A stretch of 64,000 nucleotides of DNA from Chitinophagales bacterium (lineage in GTDB: Bacteria; Bacteroidota; Bacteroidia; Chitinophagales; CAIOSU01). The stretch spans positions 324,490-388,489 of the forward strand of contig JANRLF010000001.1 of NCBI GenBank assembly GCA_033762815.1. Direction: 5' to 3'. Shown here one piece after another: positions 1 through 8,669 of this stretch. The position numbers were made by a program, and so were the translations under genes. The notes below the pieces were generated by a model. The model saw only the letters and a program-made list of their open reading frames with translations. It ran no database searches and was not told the origin of the DNA. Positions within the stretch are counted from its first letter, which is position 1. The number at the start of each line of letters is the position of its first letter.

Positions 1-78
1 CATGGTGGTGTCGCCATCTTGCTGGGCTTTCAGGCAAATGGAAGCAATGAAAAGTAGAACAACGAAAAGGTATCGCAT
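1..78 (-). CDS. partial CDS, N-terminus of a secreted or membrane protein (MRYLFVVLLFIASICLKAQQDGDTTM...), runs off the window edge
   Basis: ATG at 78 on the minus strand followed by a hydrophobic signal-peptide-like stretch, open to position 1. Confidence 0.3.
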   Translation of the reverse strand, partial: MRYLFVVLLFIASICLKAQQDGDTTM

Positions 79-153
79 GGTAAGGGTATTTAACACTGAC
101 TTAACAAATCTACATAAAAACTTGAAAGACAACGGGTAGATTTCGAAAACTAC

Positions 154-1263
154 TCAACCCACTACGGGCTGCCTTGTACGGCGGGTATTGCCCAACATGG
201 CTTGGGTGCTAAAGTGCTCGATTACGTCCTTTGGTATTCGCCGAGTGCGCTCCTTCAGGAAAGCGATTACTTCCGCTTCTGTTTTCAAGCGATCGTCCAA
301 ATGCACGAATTTCTTAGCCAAGGCTTTGTAATTTTTGGTCATCAGCAAAAACCAAATCACAAAGAAGTCCAAGCCTTCGAAAACAATGGCCCTGTTAGCC
401 GCATACTCAGCCTTATGTTTTTGGAAGTCCTTTGGAAGCTCCGTCCAGTGCAGTGCCGGGCGCAAATGATGGCCAATGTGGTAACCATCGTTGAAACAGG
501 TTTTATTATATACGCTGTTGATACAGGTAATGCTGTTCTTGTAACTATTGCCCGGGTCGGCGGCATCAATAAAAGCGTGCTGGCCCCAGTTGCCTGCCAT
601 CATGGCGAAACGGATAATCAGGTAGGGCAATATAAACACCGCCAAAGTAGCCTTCCAACTAACTAGGCACAACAAAGCACAAAAGGCATAGAAACTGAAC
701 TCGCCTATCAAGGTATTGCGCAAGAACTCCCAGCGACGGCGACGGCGGAAATATTCGGTAATCTCTATCAATACGAAAAAGAAGAAACGCAGGAAATAGC
801 GCATAAAGTCAATTAAGCTGTCCCTTTGGAAGCGCATGGTGCTGCTCAGGTCATTGCCCAAGTTGTTTTCCGGGTGGTGCATGCCCACATGGTGGCTGTA
901 GTAGGTTTCCGGCGATTCGCCAAAGAACGGCCCTATTACCCAAGGGATAATCTGGTTCATCCATTCGTATTCCTTTTTGAACAGCTTGCGATGGCTCACA
1001 TTGTGCAGCATCAGCACAAAGGGCCCTAGGTTAAACAAGGAATTGGCCACCAAATAAGGCACCGCGATATACCAGGAAAAAAAGCCGGGCACATACAGCA
1101 ATATGGCAATGGGCACGGTAATGAAAAGGATGCGCAGGCTTAGGTAAATAAACGGCAGGTCGCGCTCATCGCGTATCAGTTTCAGGAAGAAACGGTCAAT
1201 GGCATTTTTTTGCTCCTTACGGACAAAAACCGGGTCATTGATGGTGATAGCGTCAATATGCAT
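154..1263 (-). CDS. membrane fatty-acid desaturase family protein
   Basis: 369 aa ORF with multiple TM segments and histidine boxes HNVSHR, HHVGMHH and HIGHH typical of the di-iron fatty acid desaturase family. Confidence 0.8.
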   Translation of the reverse strand: MHIDAITINDPVFVRKEQKNAIDRFFLKLIRDERDLPFIYLSLRILFITVPIAILLYVPGFFSWYIAVPYLVANSLFNLGPFVLMLHNVSHRKLFKKEYEWMNQIIPWVIGPFFGESPETYYSHHVGMHHPENNLGNDLSSTMRFQRDSLIDFMRYFLRFFFFVLIEITEYFRRRRRWEFLRNTLIGEFSFYAFCALLCLVSWKATLAVFILPYLIIRFAMMAGNWGQHAFIDAADPGNSYKNSITCINSVYNKTCFNDGYHIGHHLRPALHWTELPKDFQKHKAEYAANRAIVFEGLDFFVIWFLLMTKNYKALAKKFVHLDDRLKTEAEVIAFLKERTRRIPKDVIEHFSTQAMLGNTRRTRQPVVG

Positions 1264-1414
1264 TGGTTGTTAAGCAAAAGGTTAAGGCTGCAAAGATAAT
1301 CATTTTGCCCCTAAAGGACTGGCCCCGTGTTTGTAAGGAAATTTTTACCATATTCTTGGTAGCGGTGTTTCAGGGCTTGGCTGGTTTATGTATCTTGTAA
1401 TAAAAAAAATCATC

Positions 1415-1825
1415 ATGAAAAGAACAGCAAGTGCCAACTGGCAAGGAACGGGTAAAGAGGGCAAAGGTAAACTTAGCACCCAAAGTGGGGTTTTGAGCGA
1501 CACCCAATACAGTTTCAATACCCGCTTTGCAGACGGCATTGGTACCAACCCCGAAGAATTGCTGGGCGCGGCGCATGCTGGCTGCTTTACCATGAAACTG
1601 AGCTTCAACCTGAACCAAGCAGGCTTTACCGCCGAAAATATCGATACCAAGGCCACGGTAAGCTTGGAAAACGGCAGTATCAACCAAATTGACCTAGAAG
1701 TGAAAGCTACCGTGCCGGACATCAGCGCCGAACAGTTTGACGAACTAGCTAAGGATGCCAAAGCCAACTGTCCCGTTTCTAAATTGTTCAATACCAACAT
1801 TATACTTACGGCTTCTTTGGTTTGA
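1415..1825 (+). CDS. OsmC/Ohr family peroxiredoxin-like protein
   Basis: N-terminus [20 protein letters not shown] and conserved Cys motifs (AHAGCF, ANCPVS) characteristic of OsmC. Internal ATG at 1415 preferred over the ORF-track start at 1388. Confidence 0.8.
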   Translation: MKRTASANWQGTGKEGKGKLSTQSGVLSDTQYSFNTRFADGIGTNPEELLGAAHAGCFTMKLSFNLNQAGFTAENIDTKATVSLENGSINQIDLEVKATVPDISAEQFDELAKDAKANCPVSKLFNTNIILTASLV

Positions 1826-1835
1826 TGAATGAGGA

Positions 1836-1905
1836 AGGTACAAGTGAGGTACAAGGTAATAGGTAAAGGTACGGAGTGAGAGGTAGTAGGTACGAAATGT
1901 TTTTA
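1836..1905. repeat. array of about six 11-bp-periodic units containing GGTAC/GGTAG (aggtacaagtg aggtacaaggt ...)
   Basis: GGTA(C/G) recurs about every 11 nt directly after the OsmC stop codon. Confidence 0.6.
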
Positions 1906-1989
1906 TCCCCCTTGAATGTTTATCCCTCTCTGCTAACCATTACCAGCTATTACCAACCCACATCTTGACTTAACAATAAGGAAAAGCTG

Positions 1990-2095
1990 TTTCGCAGGTA
2001 TTTCGCGGGTACTTCAAGGGGTGTTCGCAGGTACTTCAAGGGTGCTTCGCAGGTGCTTCAAAGGGTGTTCAAGGGTATCTCGCAGGCAGTTCAAT
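1990..2095. repeat. tandem array A: about ten degenerate 11-bp units alternating ttcgcaggtRY and ttcaagggtRY
   Basis: Read directly: ttcgcaggtat ttcgcgggtac ttcaaggggtg ttcgcaggtac ttcaagggtgc ttcgcaggtgc ttcaaagggtg ttcaagggtat ctcgcaggcag ttcaattcctg. Confidence 0.75.
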
Positions 2096-2177
2096 TCCTG
2101 TTAGTTTGTTGTTTATCAATCCATTGTGCGAAAAAACGTGTGTTTTTTCGTTTTTTTGTCATGCTTTTTCTAAAATT

Positions 2178-2196
2178 CCTCTCCCTAAGGGAGAGG
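2178..2196. repeat. perfect 19-nt palindrome cctctccctaagggagagg. A related inverted repeat (ctctccc ... gggagag) lies at 2341-2367
   Basis: Self-complementary sequence read directly. The second copy has a 13-nt loop. Confidence 0.7.
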
Positions 2197-2312
2197 TTGG
2201 GTGAGGGGTAAAATAGATTACAGCCATATAAAATACCTCTCATCTTTAGGTATAAGATACTTTCCAATCTGCCATTAAACCGCTAAATGCCCTCAGTACC
2301 GCAATGCCCTCA

Positions 2313-2336
2313 CCCCCCGCAAAAAGCGGGGCAGGC
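2313..2336 (-). repeat. GC-rich palindromic element copy 1. The minus-strand sequence is gcctgccccgctttttgcgggggg
   Basis: Reverse complement of ccccccgcaaaaagcggggcaggc. Matches the consensus GCCTGCCCCG-TTTnT-GCGGGG seen at 2630 and 2864. Confidence 0.7.
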
Positions 2337-2448
2337 CCGCCTCTCCCTGCCACCGCACTAGCTTAGCTGGGGAGAGGAACTCTTAATGGCCATTTTCAAA
2401 TTCCCAAATCGCCAAATTTTCAAATTCATTGTTAGCCCCTAAAAAGTC

Positions 2449-2556
2449 GTTTCGGTAGTATTTCAGTAGTGCTTCAGTGGTATTTCAGTAGTACTTCAGT
2501 ATAGTCTCAGTGGTGTTTCAGTGATACTTCAGTAGGTGTTCAGTGGTACTTCAGTT
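2449..2556. repeat. tandem array B: about ten degenerate 11-bp units TRYTTCAGTRG
   Basis: Read directly: tcgtttcggtag tatttcagtag tgcttcagtgg tatttcagtag tacttcagtat agtctcagtgg tgtttcagtga tacttcagtag gtgttcagtgg tacttcagtt. Same unit length and layout as array A. Confidence 0.75.
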
Positions 2557-2629
2557 TTGATTAATTTATTGATTGTCTATAGTTTATATGAAAACTGGTG
2601 TATTTTTTGCTTTTTTTTGAGGGATTTAC

Positions 2630-2651
2630 GCCTGCCCCGTTTATGGCGGGG
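2630..2651 (+). repeat. GC-rich palindromic element copy 2 (gcctgccccgtttatggcgggg)
   Basis: Hairpin ccccg-tttatgg-cgggg. Followed by a ttttcaa...ccaaatc...aaattttcaaat motif that also follows copy 1. Confidence 0.7.
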
Positions 2652-2700
2652 ATTGCATTCTAAACCATTTTCAATTACCAAATCAAATTTTCAAATCAAT

Positions 2701-2733
2701 CAGCACATTAGCACATCAGCACATCAGCACATT
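2701..2733. repeat. four tandem copies of the 8-nt unit cagcacat/tagcacat
   Basis: cagcacattagcacatcagcacatcagcacatt read directly. Confidence 0.7.
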
Positions 2734-2863
2734 ATCAATGGTAAGCACTTAGTGCGAATAATCCAAATCAAAAAATCGTCGAATGGGATAGCCGTAAGCT
2801 ACCTTACCATTCCACATAGATACACCGCGCTAATCTTCGCGCAACGAGGCGAAAGCCGTCCCA

Positions 2864-2913
2864 GCCTGCCCCGTTTCTTGCGGGGGTGAGCCCCGAAGTA
2901 AATCGGGGCTCAC
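2864..2913 (+). repeat. GC-rich palindromic element copy 3 (gcctgccccgtttcttgcggggg) fused to a 10-bp perfect-stem hairpin gtgagccccg-aagtaaat-cggggctcac
   Basis: Read directly. Very stable stem-loop. Confidence 0.7.
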
Positions 2914-3242
2914 CACGACCATGCCCGCCCTTTTAATGCGATTCAACACCGCCTACAACGACAGGGCGCCCATACTTTTGTCGTCCAAAACGCATTGATT
3001 GACAGCGACAAGCCATTGAATTTTAGGCATTGCATTTCGTATTTTTTGGCAGTGTAACGCTGCACGGTATGCCCTTATAAGCAGGACAGTTGCGAGAGTG
3101 GGGTTGCTGTGGTAAAGCCCTAAACGGGCACTGCCATATATTTGCTGCTCCTCCAGTTTTAAGGAATGCCCGTAAGGGCACCCAAGCCATCCATTCAAAT
3201 TCAAAAGTAAGAAAAAACTGTCCCCCAAACCGTACTCCCTAG

Positions 3243-3281
3243 AAACAAAAAGCCCTCGACAATAGCTTGATTGTCAAGGGC
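3243..3281 (-). terminator. rho-independent terminator downstream of tRNA-Cys
   Basis: Stem gccctcgacaat / attgtcaagggc with loop agcttg, followed on the minus strand by a T-run (tttttgttt). Confidence 0.6.
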
Positions 3282-3297
3282 TTGAATTTAAGGGTTG

Positions 3298-3368
3298 AGG
3301 TCGAGAGCGGATTCGAACCGCTGTACGAGCTTTTGCAGAGCTCTGCCTAGCCACTCGGCCACCCGACC
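3298..3368 (-). tRNA. tRNA-Cys (anticodon GCA)
   Basis: Folded by hand as a cloverleaf: acceptor GGTCGGG/CTCGACC with one G-U pair, D-arm GCCGAGTGG, anticodon loop CUGCAAA (GCA), T-arm AGCGG-TTCGAAT-CCGCT, and the U73 discriminator typical of tRNA-Cys. 71 nt, no encoded CCA. Confidence 0.85.
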
Positions 3369-3423
3369 ATTATTTAGCCAACAAAGGTAAGCAAATTTCC
3401 CAATGCCGAGCAAACATTCTTTT

Positions 3424-3786
3424 TCAATCGAACACCTTTTCCAGCTCAATATACACCTTGTCCACCACGCCTTCCAAGGGCGGGTTCAGCTTGGCCACTC
3501 TTACCTTTAGGTAGCGCAACCTGCCCCCCAGGCGTTGCTGCAATAAGATGCTTATCTGTTGGCTGACGTGCTCCAGCAGCAAATATTTTTCCTGCATCAC
3601 GGCTTTTACGGTGGCGTACACCTCCTCGTAGTTGATGGTGCCGCCTATGTTGTCGTTCATGGCCGCCATCTCGAAGTCGGTATCCATGTACACGTCCACC
3701 ACAAAATGGTTGCCTTCCTTGCGTTCGCGCTCATAGTATCCATGGTAGGCATGGAAGTGCATGCCCTCAACGGCTATCTTTCCCAT
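3424..3786 (-). CDS. folB: dihydroneopterin aldolase
   Basis: 120 aa. FolB-like length and motifs (GYHxxE, the KVRV..K lysine region). Confidence 0.8.
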   Translation of the reverse strand: MGKIAVEGMHFHAYHGYYERERKEGNHFVVDVYMDTDFEMAAMNDNIGGTINYEEVYATVKAVMQEKYLLLEHVSQQISILLQQRLGGRLRYLKVRVAKLNPPLEGVVDKVYIELEKVFD

Positions 3787-3885
3787 GGGGCAAAATTACA
3801 TTTTTTGGCCTTTTGCTGTTACCGGGTTACCCATAGGTGTTGTTTATGGAAAAAAGTAGGCACTTGCATCTTTTCCAAAAAACGA

Positions 3886-5514
3886 ATGAACATGAAACTT
3901 TCAACCACCTTAGTATTCCTGTTGCTTATAGTGGCTGCCACTGCGGAAGAAACCATTACTGCGCCTATCAAAGCCATCACGGTGTATAGGCAGCAGGCTG
4001 CTATCACCCATAGCACTACGGTAAACATTGATGCCGGTACTAGCGATTTGGTATTGACCGACATTAGCCCGGGCATGATAGGCAGTACGGTGCAGGTAAA
4101 AGTGGAGGGCAATGCCGTTATTTTAGCTGTAAACAGCCGTATCAATAGCCTAAAAGAAAACAAGGGCTCGGAAAAAATACAGGTACTGAACGACTCGCTG
4201 GAAACCCTGAACGATGCCATTGACGGCCTGAACACCGAAAAGCAGGTGTACGAAGCGGAAAAGGGGCTGCTGAACAGCAACCAAAAGCTGGGCGGTACTG
4301 CCAATGGTTTTACCACTACTGAGTTGCAAAACCTTGCCGACCTATACCGAAAGCGTATGCTGGAACTGAACGGCAAGATAGCCGAACTGAACAAAACCTT
4401 GTCGAAACTGTACGAAAAGCAAGTGGCTATCAATACCCAATTGCAGCTATTGAACGGCACGCGCTACAAGCCTACGGGGGAAATATTTGTGTCGTTGAGC
4501 AGCAAAGTGGCCACCAAAGTGACTTTAAGCTGCACCTACCTGATAGCCAATGCAGGCTGGAGCCCCATATACGATATCCGCTCCGATGGATTGGACAAGC
4601 CCCTATCGCTCAGTTACAAGGCACAGGTGTACCAAAACTCTGGCTATGACTGGAGCAAGGTACAACTGACCCTAAGCACGGGCGACCCTTCCCAAGGCCA
4701 TGACAGGCCCATATTGAACCCCCTTTATGTGAATTTCTATAACAATTATTATAGTTTGGATGAGGTTTCCGTTTCAAGTAGCAAGTACGAGTACAAGAGG
4801 TTGGACAAAAGTCTCGCAACGATGCCTGGAGCAGAAATTAATACTTATGGATGGACGTCTGCAATGGATACCGTTGCCACTTATAATGTAGATATCATTG
4901 AAAATCAACTAACGGCAGAGTATGCTATAGAATTGCCGCAAACGATTCCTGCTGACGGGCAAAAGTATGGGGTAAACATGGCCACCTACGAACTGCCCGC
5001 CATTTATGAGTATCATAGCGTGCCCAAGCTGGACAAAGGGGCTTACCTTTTAGCAAGGGCCACCAAATGGGGCGAATACAATTTGCTGCCCGGGCCTGCC
5101 AATATTTACTTTGAAGGGAAGTATATAGGCGAAATAGCCCTGAACCCCTTTACCAGTGCCGATACCTTGTTGGTATCATTGGGCAGGGATGACAAAATCA
5201 ACCTGCAGCGCATCACCTTGCAGGATTCTACTTCCAATAAGTTGATAGGAGGGGAGCGCAAGGAAACCAAGATATTTGAGATAACGGTGCGCAACAACAA
5301 AAAGCAGGCGGTAGATATTAGCATCCTTGACCAAATACCCGTTTCGCAGCAAGAAGACATTAAAATAAAGTTGTTGGAAAAAGGCAATGCGGAATACAGC
5401 GAAGAAATAGGCAAATTGCTTTGGAAGGTGAAGTTGGCTCCCAACGAAACCAGGAAAATAAGGTTTAGCTATGAGCTAAAATACCCGAAGGATAAAACCT
5501 TGACGGCTCATTAG
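3886..5514 (+). CDS. DUF4139-family secreted protein (mucoidy-inhibitor MuiA-like) with signal peptide
   Basis: Start moved to the internal ATG at 3886 (MNMKLSTTLVFLLLIVAATA). The ORF-track N-terminal extension is antisense to folB. Coiled-coil N-half and beta-rich C-half. Confidence 0.7.
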   Translation: MNMKLSTTLVFLLLIVAATAEETITAPIKAITVYRQQAAITHSTTVNIDAGTSDLVLTDISPGMIGSTVQVKVEGNAVILAVNSRINSLKENKGSEKIQVLNDSLETLNDAIDGLNTEKQVYEAEKGLLNSNQKLGGTANGFTTTELQNLADLYRKRMLELNGKIAELNKTLSKLYEKQVAINTQLQLLNGTRYKPTGEIFVSLSSKVATKVTLSCTYLIANAGWSPIYDIRSDGLDKPLSLSYKAQVYQNSGYDWSKVQLTLSTGDPSQGHDRPILNPLYVNFYNNYYSLDEVSVSSSKYEYKRLDKSLATMPGAEINTYGWTSAMDTVATYNVDIIENQLTAEYAIELPQTIPADGQKYGVNMATYELPAIYEYHSVPKLDKGAYLLARATKWGEYNLLPGPANIYFEGKYIGEIALNPFTSADTLLVSLGRDDKINLQRITLQDSTSNKLIGGERKETKIFEITVRNNKKQAVDISILDQIPVSQQEDIKIKLLEKGNAEYSEEIGKLLWKVKLAPNETRKIRFSYELKYPKDKTLTAH

Positions 5515-5629
5515 GGTAAAAAATATTAAATGATAATTATCATCATTCTTTAGCAGAAAATTTTGATAAAAGTTTTTCCTTTGTTCGACAGATTTTAGCA
5601 GTTTTGCCTCTAACTAAAACTAACTGCCA

Positions 5630-6286
5630 ATGAAATCAAGATTACAATCAATGCTGGCCCTTGCTGTAGTAGCAGGTGCTATGATGTTCAGTTCTTGCAG
5701 CTCCACTCAAGATTTTGCGGGTTACTATCCTGAAAACCGTATCATTGGAAAAGGTATTGGCAAGGGCGAACAAAAAACTGAAGTTACCGCTGTTGAAAGC
5801 AAGCAAGAGACAGCAGTATCGCAAACCCAAGTTGCTGAAGAGCAAACAGTAGCCACTACTGAAACCGCTCCTGCAAAACAGCCAACCAAATTCCAGCAAA
5901 AAATGTTGACCGCCGTAACCAAAATGGCTGCTAACCAACAAATGCAAGCGTTGGCCAACAACTCTTATGCTGATGGCAAAAGGTTCGCTTTGAGGGAGAA
6001 ATTGGCGCAAAAAATGTTCAACAAGTTTGCCGCACAACAATCTGCAATGCCAAGTGGCAATACTGCCGATATTATGGCCATTGTATCTATTGCCACCGGT
6101 GCTGCCGCTGTAGTAACTTACTATGGTGCGTTCTTGTTTGGTTTGGCTGCTATCGTTACCGGTGCTTTGGCATTGGCTTGGGGCACTAGCCGTCGCGGTA
6201 TGGCCATTGGTGGTATTGTACTGGGTGCTTTCGCTTTGGTGTTCTGGGCACTTTGGATTGGTTGGTGGGCAACCGTATGGTTCTAA
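5630..6286 (+). CDS. hypothetical lipoprotein with C-terminal double TM anchor
   Basis: Signal peptide plus lipobox (MMFSSCSS), Ala/Gln-rich middle, two C-terminal hydrophobic helices. Confidence 0.55.
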   Translation: MKSRLQSMLALAVVAGAMMFSSCSSTQDFAGYYPENRIIGKGIGKGEQKTEVTAVESKQETAVSQTQVAEEQTVATTETAPAKQPTKFQQKMLTAVTKMAANQQMQALANNSYADGKRFALREKLAQKMFNKFAAQQSAMPSGNTADIMAIVSIATGAAAVVTYYGAFLFGLAAIVTGALALAWGTSRRGMAIGGIVLGAFALVFWALWIGWWATVWF

Positions 6287-6313
6287 GAGCTTAAGATTTA
6301 ACAATCTATTTGA

Positions 6314-6340
6314 AAGGCATCCTTCGGGGTGCCTTTTTTA
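6314..6340. terminator. bidirectional hairpin terminator between the lipoprotein gene and oxyR
   Basis: aaggcatcc-ttcg-gggtgcctt followed by tttttta. Confidence 0.5.
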
Positions 6341-7291
6341 TTTGCTTTGTCTTTGCTCTTTTATCAGTTCCAAGCTTTTGGTAGCATCGCCCTTACGGCG
6401 GATTTGGGTAGGCAGCACTTGTTGCACTGTATCGAACAAGGCTTTCCTCAGGCTGGCCCGGGCATCATCTTTATGGCTTACCAAGCTGATTTCCCTTACA
6501 GGTGCTGGTGGCTGAAAGTGGCGGATGTGTGCCGTTTTCTCTGCTAAGTCAAGCGTTGCTAATTCGGGAATGATGGTCATGCCATTATCGCGGTCCACAA
6601 TGTTTTTAAGGGTTTCTATGCTGCCTGCCTCATATTGCAGCACTTCGGCGTCAGAACGTTTTAGTTCGCAAAGGTTCATGATTTGCGAGCGTAGGCAATG
6701 CCCCTCTTGCAGCAGCCACAGCTTATGTACGTCAATATCTTTGGGCAATACATATTGTTTGCTGGCCAAAGCTTCGTTATCGGCTACATACAGCATCAGT
6801 TCTTCATAAAACAAGGGCTGCTCGTGCAGTATGGGTTCGTGTAGAGGCGTTGCCAGTAGACCCATATCCAATTCGCCCGTTTTCAGTTGGGAAATGATGA
6901 CAGGTGTAATCCGCTCGCTGATAATCAACCGAACCTGTGGATATTGCTGGGAGAAGTTTTTCAAGAATAATGGCAAAAGGTATGGGGCCAAGGTAGGAAT
7001 AATGGCCAGCCGCAGTTCACCGGAAATTTCACCCTTGTTTTCCTTCACCAATTCTGTTATCCGCTTGGCATCTGCCAAGGTTTTGCGTGCCTGTTCTATA
7101 ATCTGTTCCCCTATGGGGGTAGGCTTCACGGGCTGGCTAGTCCTGTCGAATATTTTCACGTCCAGTTCTTCTTCCAGTTTTTGCACCATCATACTAAGGG
7201 TGGGCTGCGTAACAAAACATTTTTCGGCTGCTTTAGCAAAGTGGCGGTAGCTGTCAATGGCAATGATGTATTCCAATTGTTGCAAGTTCAT
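6338..7291 (-). CDS. oxyR: LysR-family redox regulator OxyR
   Basis: N-terminal HTH (FxxAAxxxxVTQPTLS), the conserved redox Cys context EGHCLRSQ, and divergent arrangement with ahpC. Confidence 0.8.
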   Translation of the reverse strand: MNLQQLEYIIAIDSYRHFAKAAEKCFVTQPTLSMMVQKLEEELDVKIFDRTSQPVKPTPIGEQIIEQARKTLADAKRITELVKENKGEISGELRLAIIPTLAPYLLPLFLKNFSQQYPQVRLIISERITPVIISQLKTGELDMGLLATPLHEPILHEQPLFYEELMLYVADNEALASKQYVLPKDIDVHKLWLLQEGHCLRSQIMNLCELKRSDAEVLQYEAGSIETLKNIVDRDNGMTIIPELATLDLAEKTAHIRHFQPPAPVREISLVSHKDDARASLRKALFDTVQQVLPTQIRRKGDATKSLELIKEQRQSK

Positions 7292-7292
7292 G

Positions 7293-7328
7293 ATAGATGA
7301 TTTCTATTGCAAGATAGAAATTATCAGT
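7293..7328. promoter_or_regulatory. candidate OxyR operator in the oxyR-ahpC intergenic region
   Basis: ATAG-n7-CTAT-n6-ATAG-n7-CAGT (atagatgatttctattgcaagatagaaattatcagt). Resembles the OxyR ATAGnt-n7-anCTAT repeated motif. Confidence 0.5.
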
Positions 7329-7351
7329 TTGATTGATAAGTGTGCGCTCAC

Positions 7352-7359
7352 TAAGTTTG
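7352..7359 (+). promoter_or_regulatory. Bacteroidota-type -7 promoter element TAAGTTTG upstream of ahpC
   Basis: Matches TAnnTTTG about 17 nt upstream of the ahpC ATG. Confidence 0.4.
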
Positions 7360-7376
7360 TGAAAACTTTTAAAGAC

Positions 7377-7931
7377 ATGGATAGAATAATAGGATTGGGA
7401 CAGCAGTTCCCTGAATTTAAGAAGACCACCGTTGTATCTACGGAAAAAGGGAAGGAATTTTCCCTACTGACCCACGAGGACCACCGCCAGTACGATAAGT
7501 GGCTAGTAATGTTTTGGTGGCCGAAAGATTTCACTTTTGTTTGCCCAACGGAAATTGCGGAGTTCAATAAGCATTACACCGATTTTCAAGACCGGGATAC
7601 CGATTTGGTTGGTGCCTCCACCGATTCTGAATTTGTGCATTTGGCTTGGCGCAAGTCGCACGATGATTTGAAGGAATTGCAAATGCCCATGTTGGCCGAT
7701 ACTTCCAAATCATTGGCGGAGGCGTTGGGTATTTTGAATCAAGAAGAGAAAGTAGCCTATAGAGCCACTTTCATTGTTGACCCACAAGGTATCATCCGTT
7801 GGGTAAGCGTGTATGACCTTAGTGTAGGCCGTAATGTGAACGAGGTATTGCGTGTGCTGGATGCCTTGCAGACCGATGAATTGTGCCCTTGCAACTGGGA
7901 GAAGGGTAAAGAAACCATAAAAGTAGCCTGA
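7377..7931 (+). CDS. ahpC: peroxiredoxin, alkyl hydroperoxide reductase subunit C
   Basis: Typical 2-Cys peroxiredoxin motifs (FTFVCPTEI peroxidatic Cys, resolving Cys near the C-terminus). Start at the internal ATG at 7377. Confidence 0.9.
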   Translation: MDRIIGLGQQFPEFKKTTVVSTEKGKEFSLLTHEDHRQYDKWLVMFWWPKDFTFVCPTEIAEFNKHYTDFQDRDTDLVGASTDSEFVHLAWRKSHDDLKELQMPMLADTSKSLAEALGILNQEEKVAYRATFIVDPQGIIRWVSVYDLSVGRNVNEVLRVLDALQTDELCPCNWEKGKETIKVA

Positions 7932-7932
7932 T

Positions 7933-8520
7933 ATGGAAACCCTATTCAAAACGGCCACCACCAGCGAGTTGCTGGAATTGGTAGGTCAACCGGCTGTTAG
8001 CGATGCCATAGCTTTGGAAATACTGGATGCTGCCGACCACCGCTACCTGCGCGACCTGAAAATCAATCTGCAAAATGCGCTTCGTTCCGATTATTTAGGC
8101 GAAAAGGAAATGGCACTGACAGCAGTTGGCATTGCGACCAATTTAGGGAAACCCGCTTTGTTAAAATCGTTACAGGAACAAGCCATTGCCAAAGGGGCCA
8201 ACGAGGCCGAAGTAGCGGAAGCCATTGCCTGTGGTTCTTTATTGGCAGCAAACAATGTGTTGTACCGTTTTAGGCACTTTGCCGGCAAGGAAAAGTACGA
8301 GCAGTTGCCCGCCCGTATCAAAATGAACATTATGGCCAACCCCGTAATGGGCAAGGAGCTGTTTGAACTGATCAGTACGGCGGTGTCGGCCCTAAATGGT
8401 TGTGAACGTTGTGTAAAAGCCCATGAGGAATCATTGTTGGCATTGGGTGCTACGGAAGAGAAGATATTTGATGTGGTGCGTTTGGCCGCCGTATTGAATT
8501 CCCTTGCCAAAGTATTGTGA
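7933..8520 (+). CDS. carboxymuconolactone decarboxylase / AhpD-family alkylhydroperoxidase
   Basis: 195 aa, CxxC-like motif NGCERCVKAH, immediately downstream of ahpC. Confidence 0.75.
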   Translation: METLFKTATTSELLELVGQPAVSDAIALEILDAADHRYLRDLKINLQNALRSDYLGEKEMALTAVGIATNLGKPALLKSLQEQAIAKGANEAEVAEAIACGSLLAANNVLYRFRHFAGKEKYEQLPARIKMNIMANPVMGKELFELISTAVSALNGCERCVKAHEESLLALGATEEKIFDVVRLAAVLNSLAKVL

Positions 8521-8669
8521 GCATTAATAGGTTAGTTTGGTTAGAGCAGCCCTGGGTGTGCCCGGGGCTGTTGTTATTTATGCAATCATCAACTACACAC
8601 TCGATGTGCAAAACAACTTAGCCACAGGTGGCATATATCTTGTATTTTGTTTTTCATGAAGCGAAAAGC

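Noticed and set aside
1990-2560. Possible CRISPR array (many short direct repeats)
   Set aside because: The repeats are contiguous 11-bp degenerate units with no unique spacers between them. There are no cas genes in the window. A tandem-repeat array fits better than CRISPR.
2536-3228. ORFs 2536..2889 (+) and 2953..3228 (-) within the repeat region
   Set aside because: The first is translated across the tandem repeats and palindromes. The second has no recognisable features, lies beyond the tRNA terminator and has no clear start context. Both are treated as non-coding.
3559-3885. N-terminal 109-aa extension of the 651-aa ORF (3559..5514)
   Set aside because: The extension is antisense to folB and His/Val-rich low-complexity. 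A signal-peptide Met (MNMKL) at 3886 gives a sensible secreted-protein start.
5648-6304. 218-aa ORF on the minus strand mirroring the lipoprotein gene
   Set aside because: It is antisense to a better-supported lipoprotein ORF (signal peptide plus lipobox) in a GC/Ala-codon-rich stretch. The length match is most likely an open-frame artefact.
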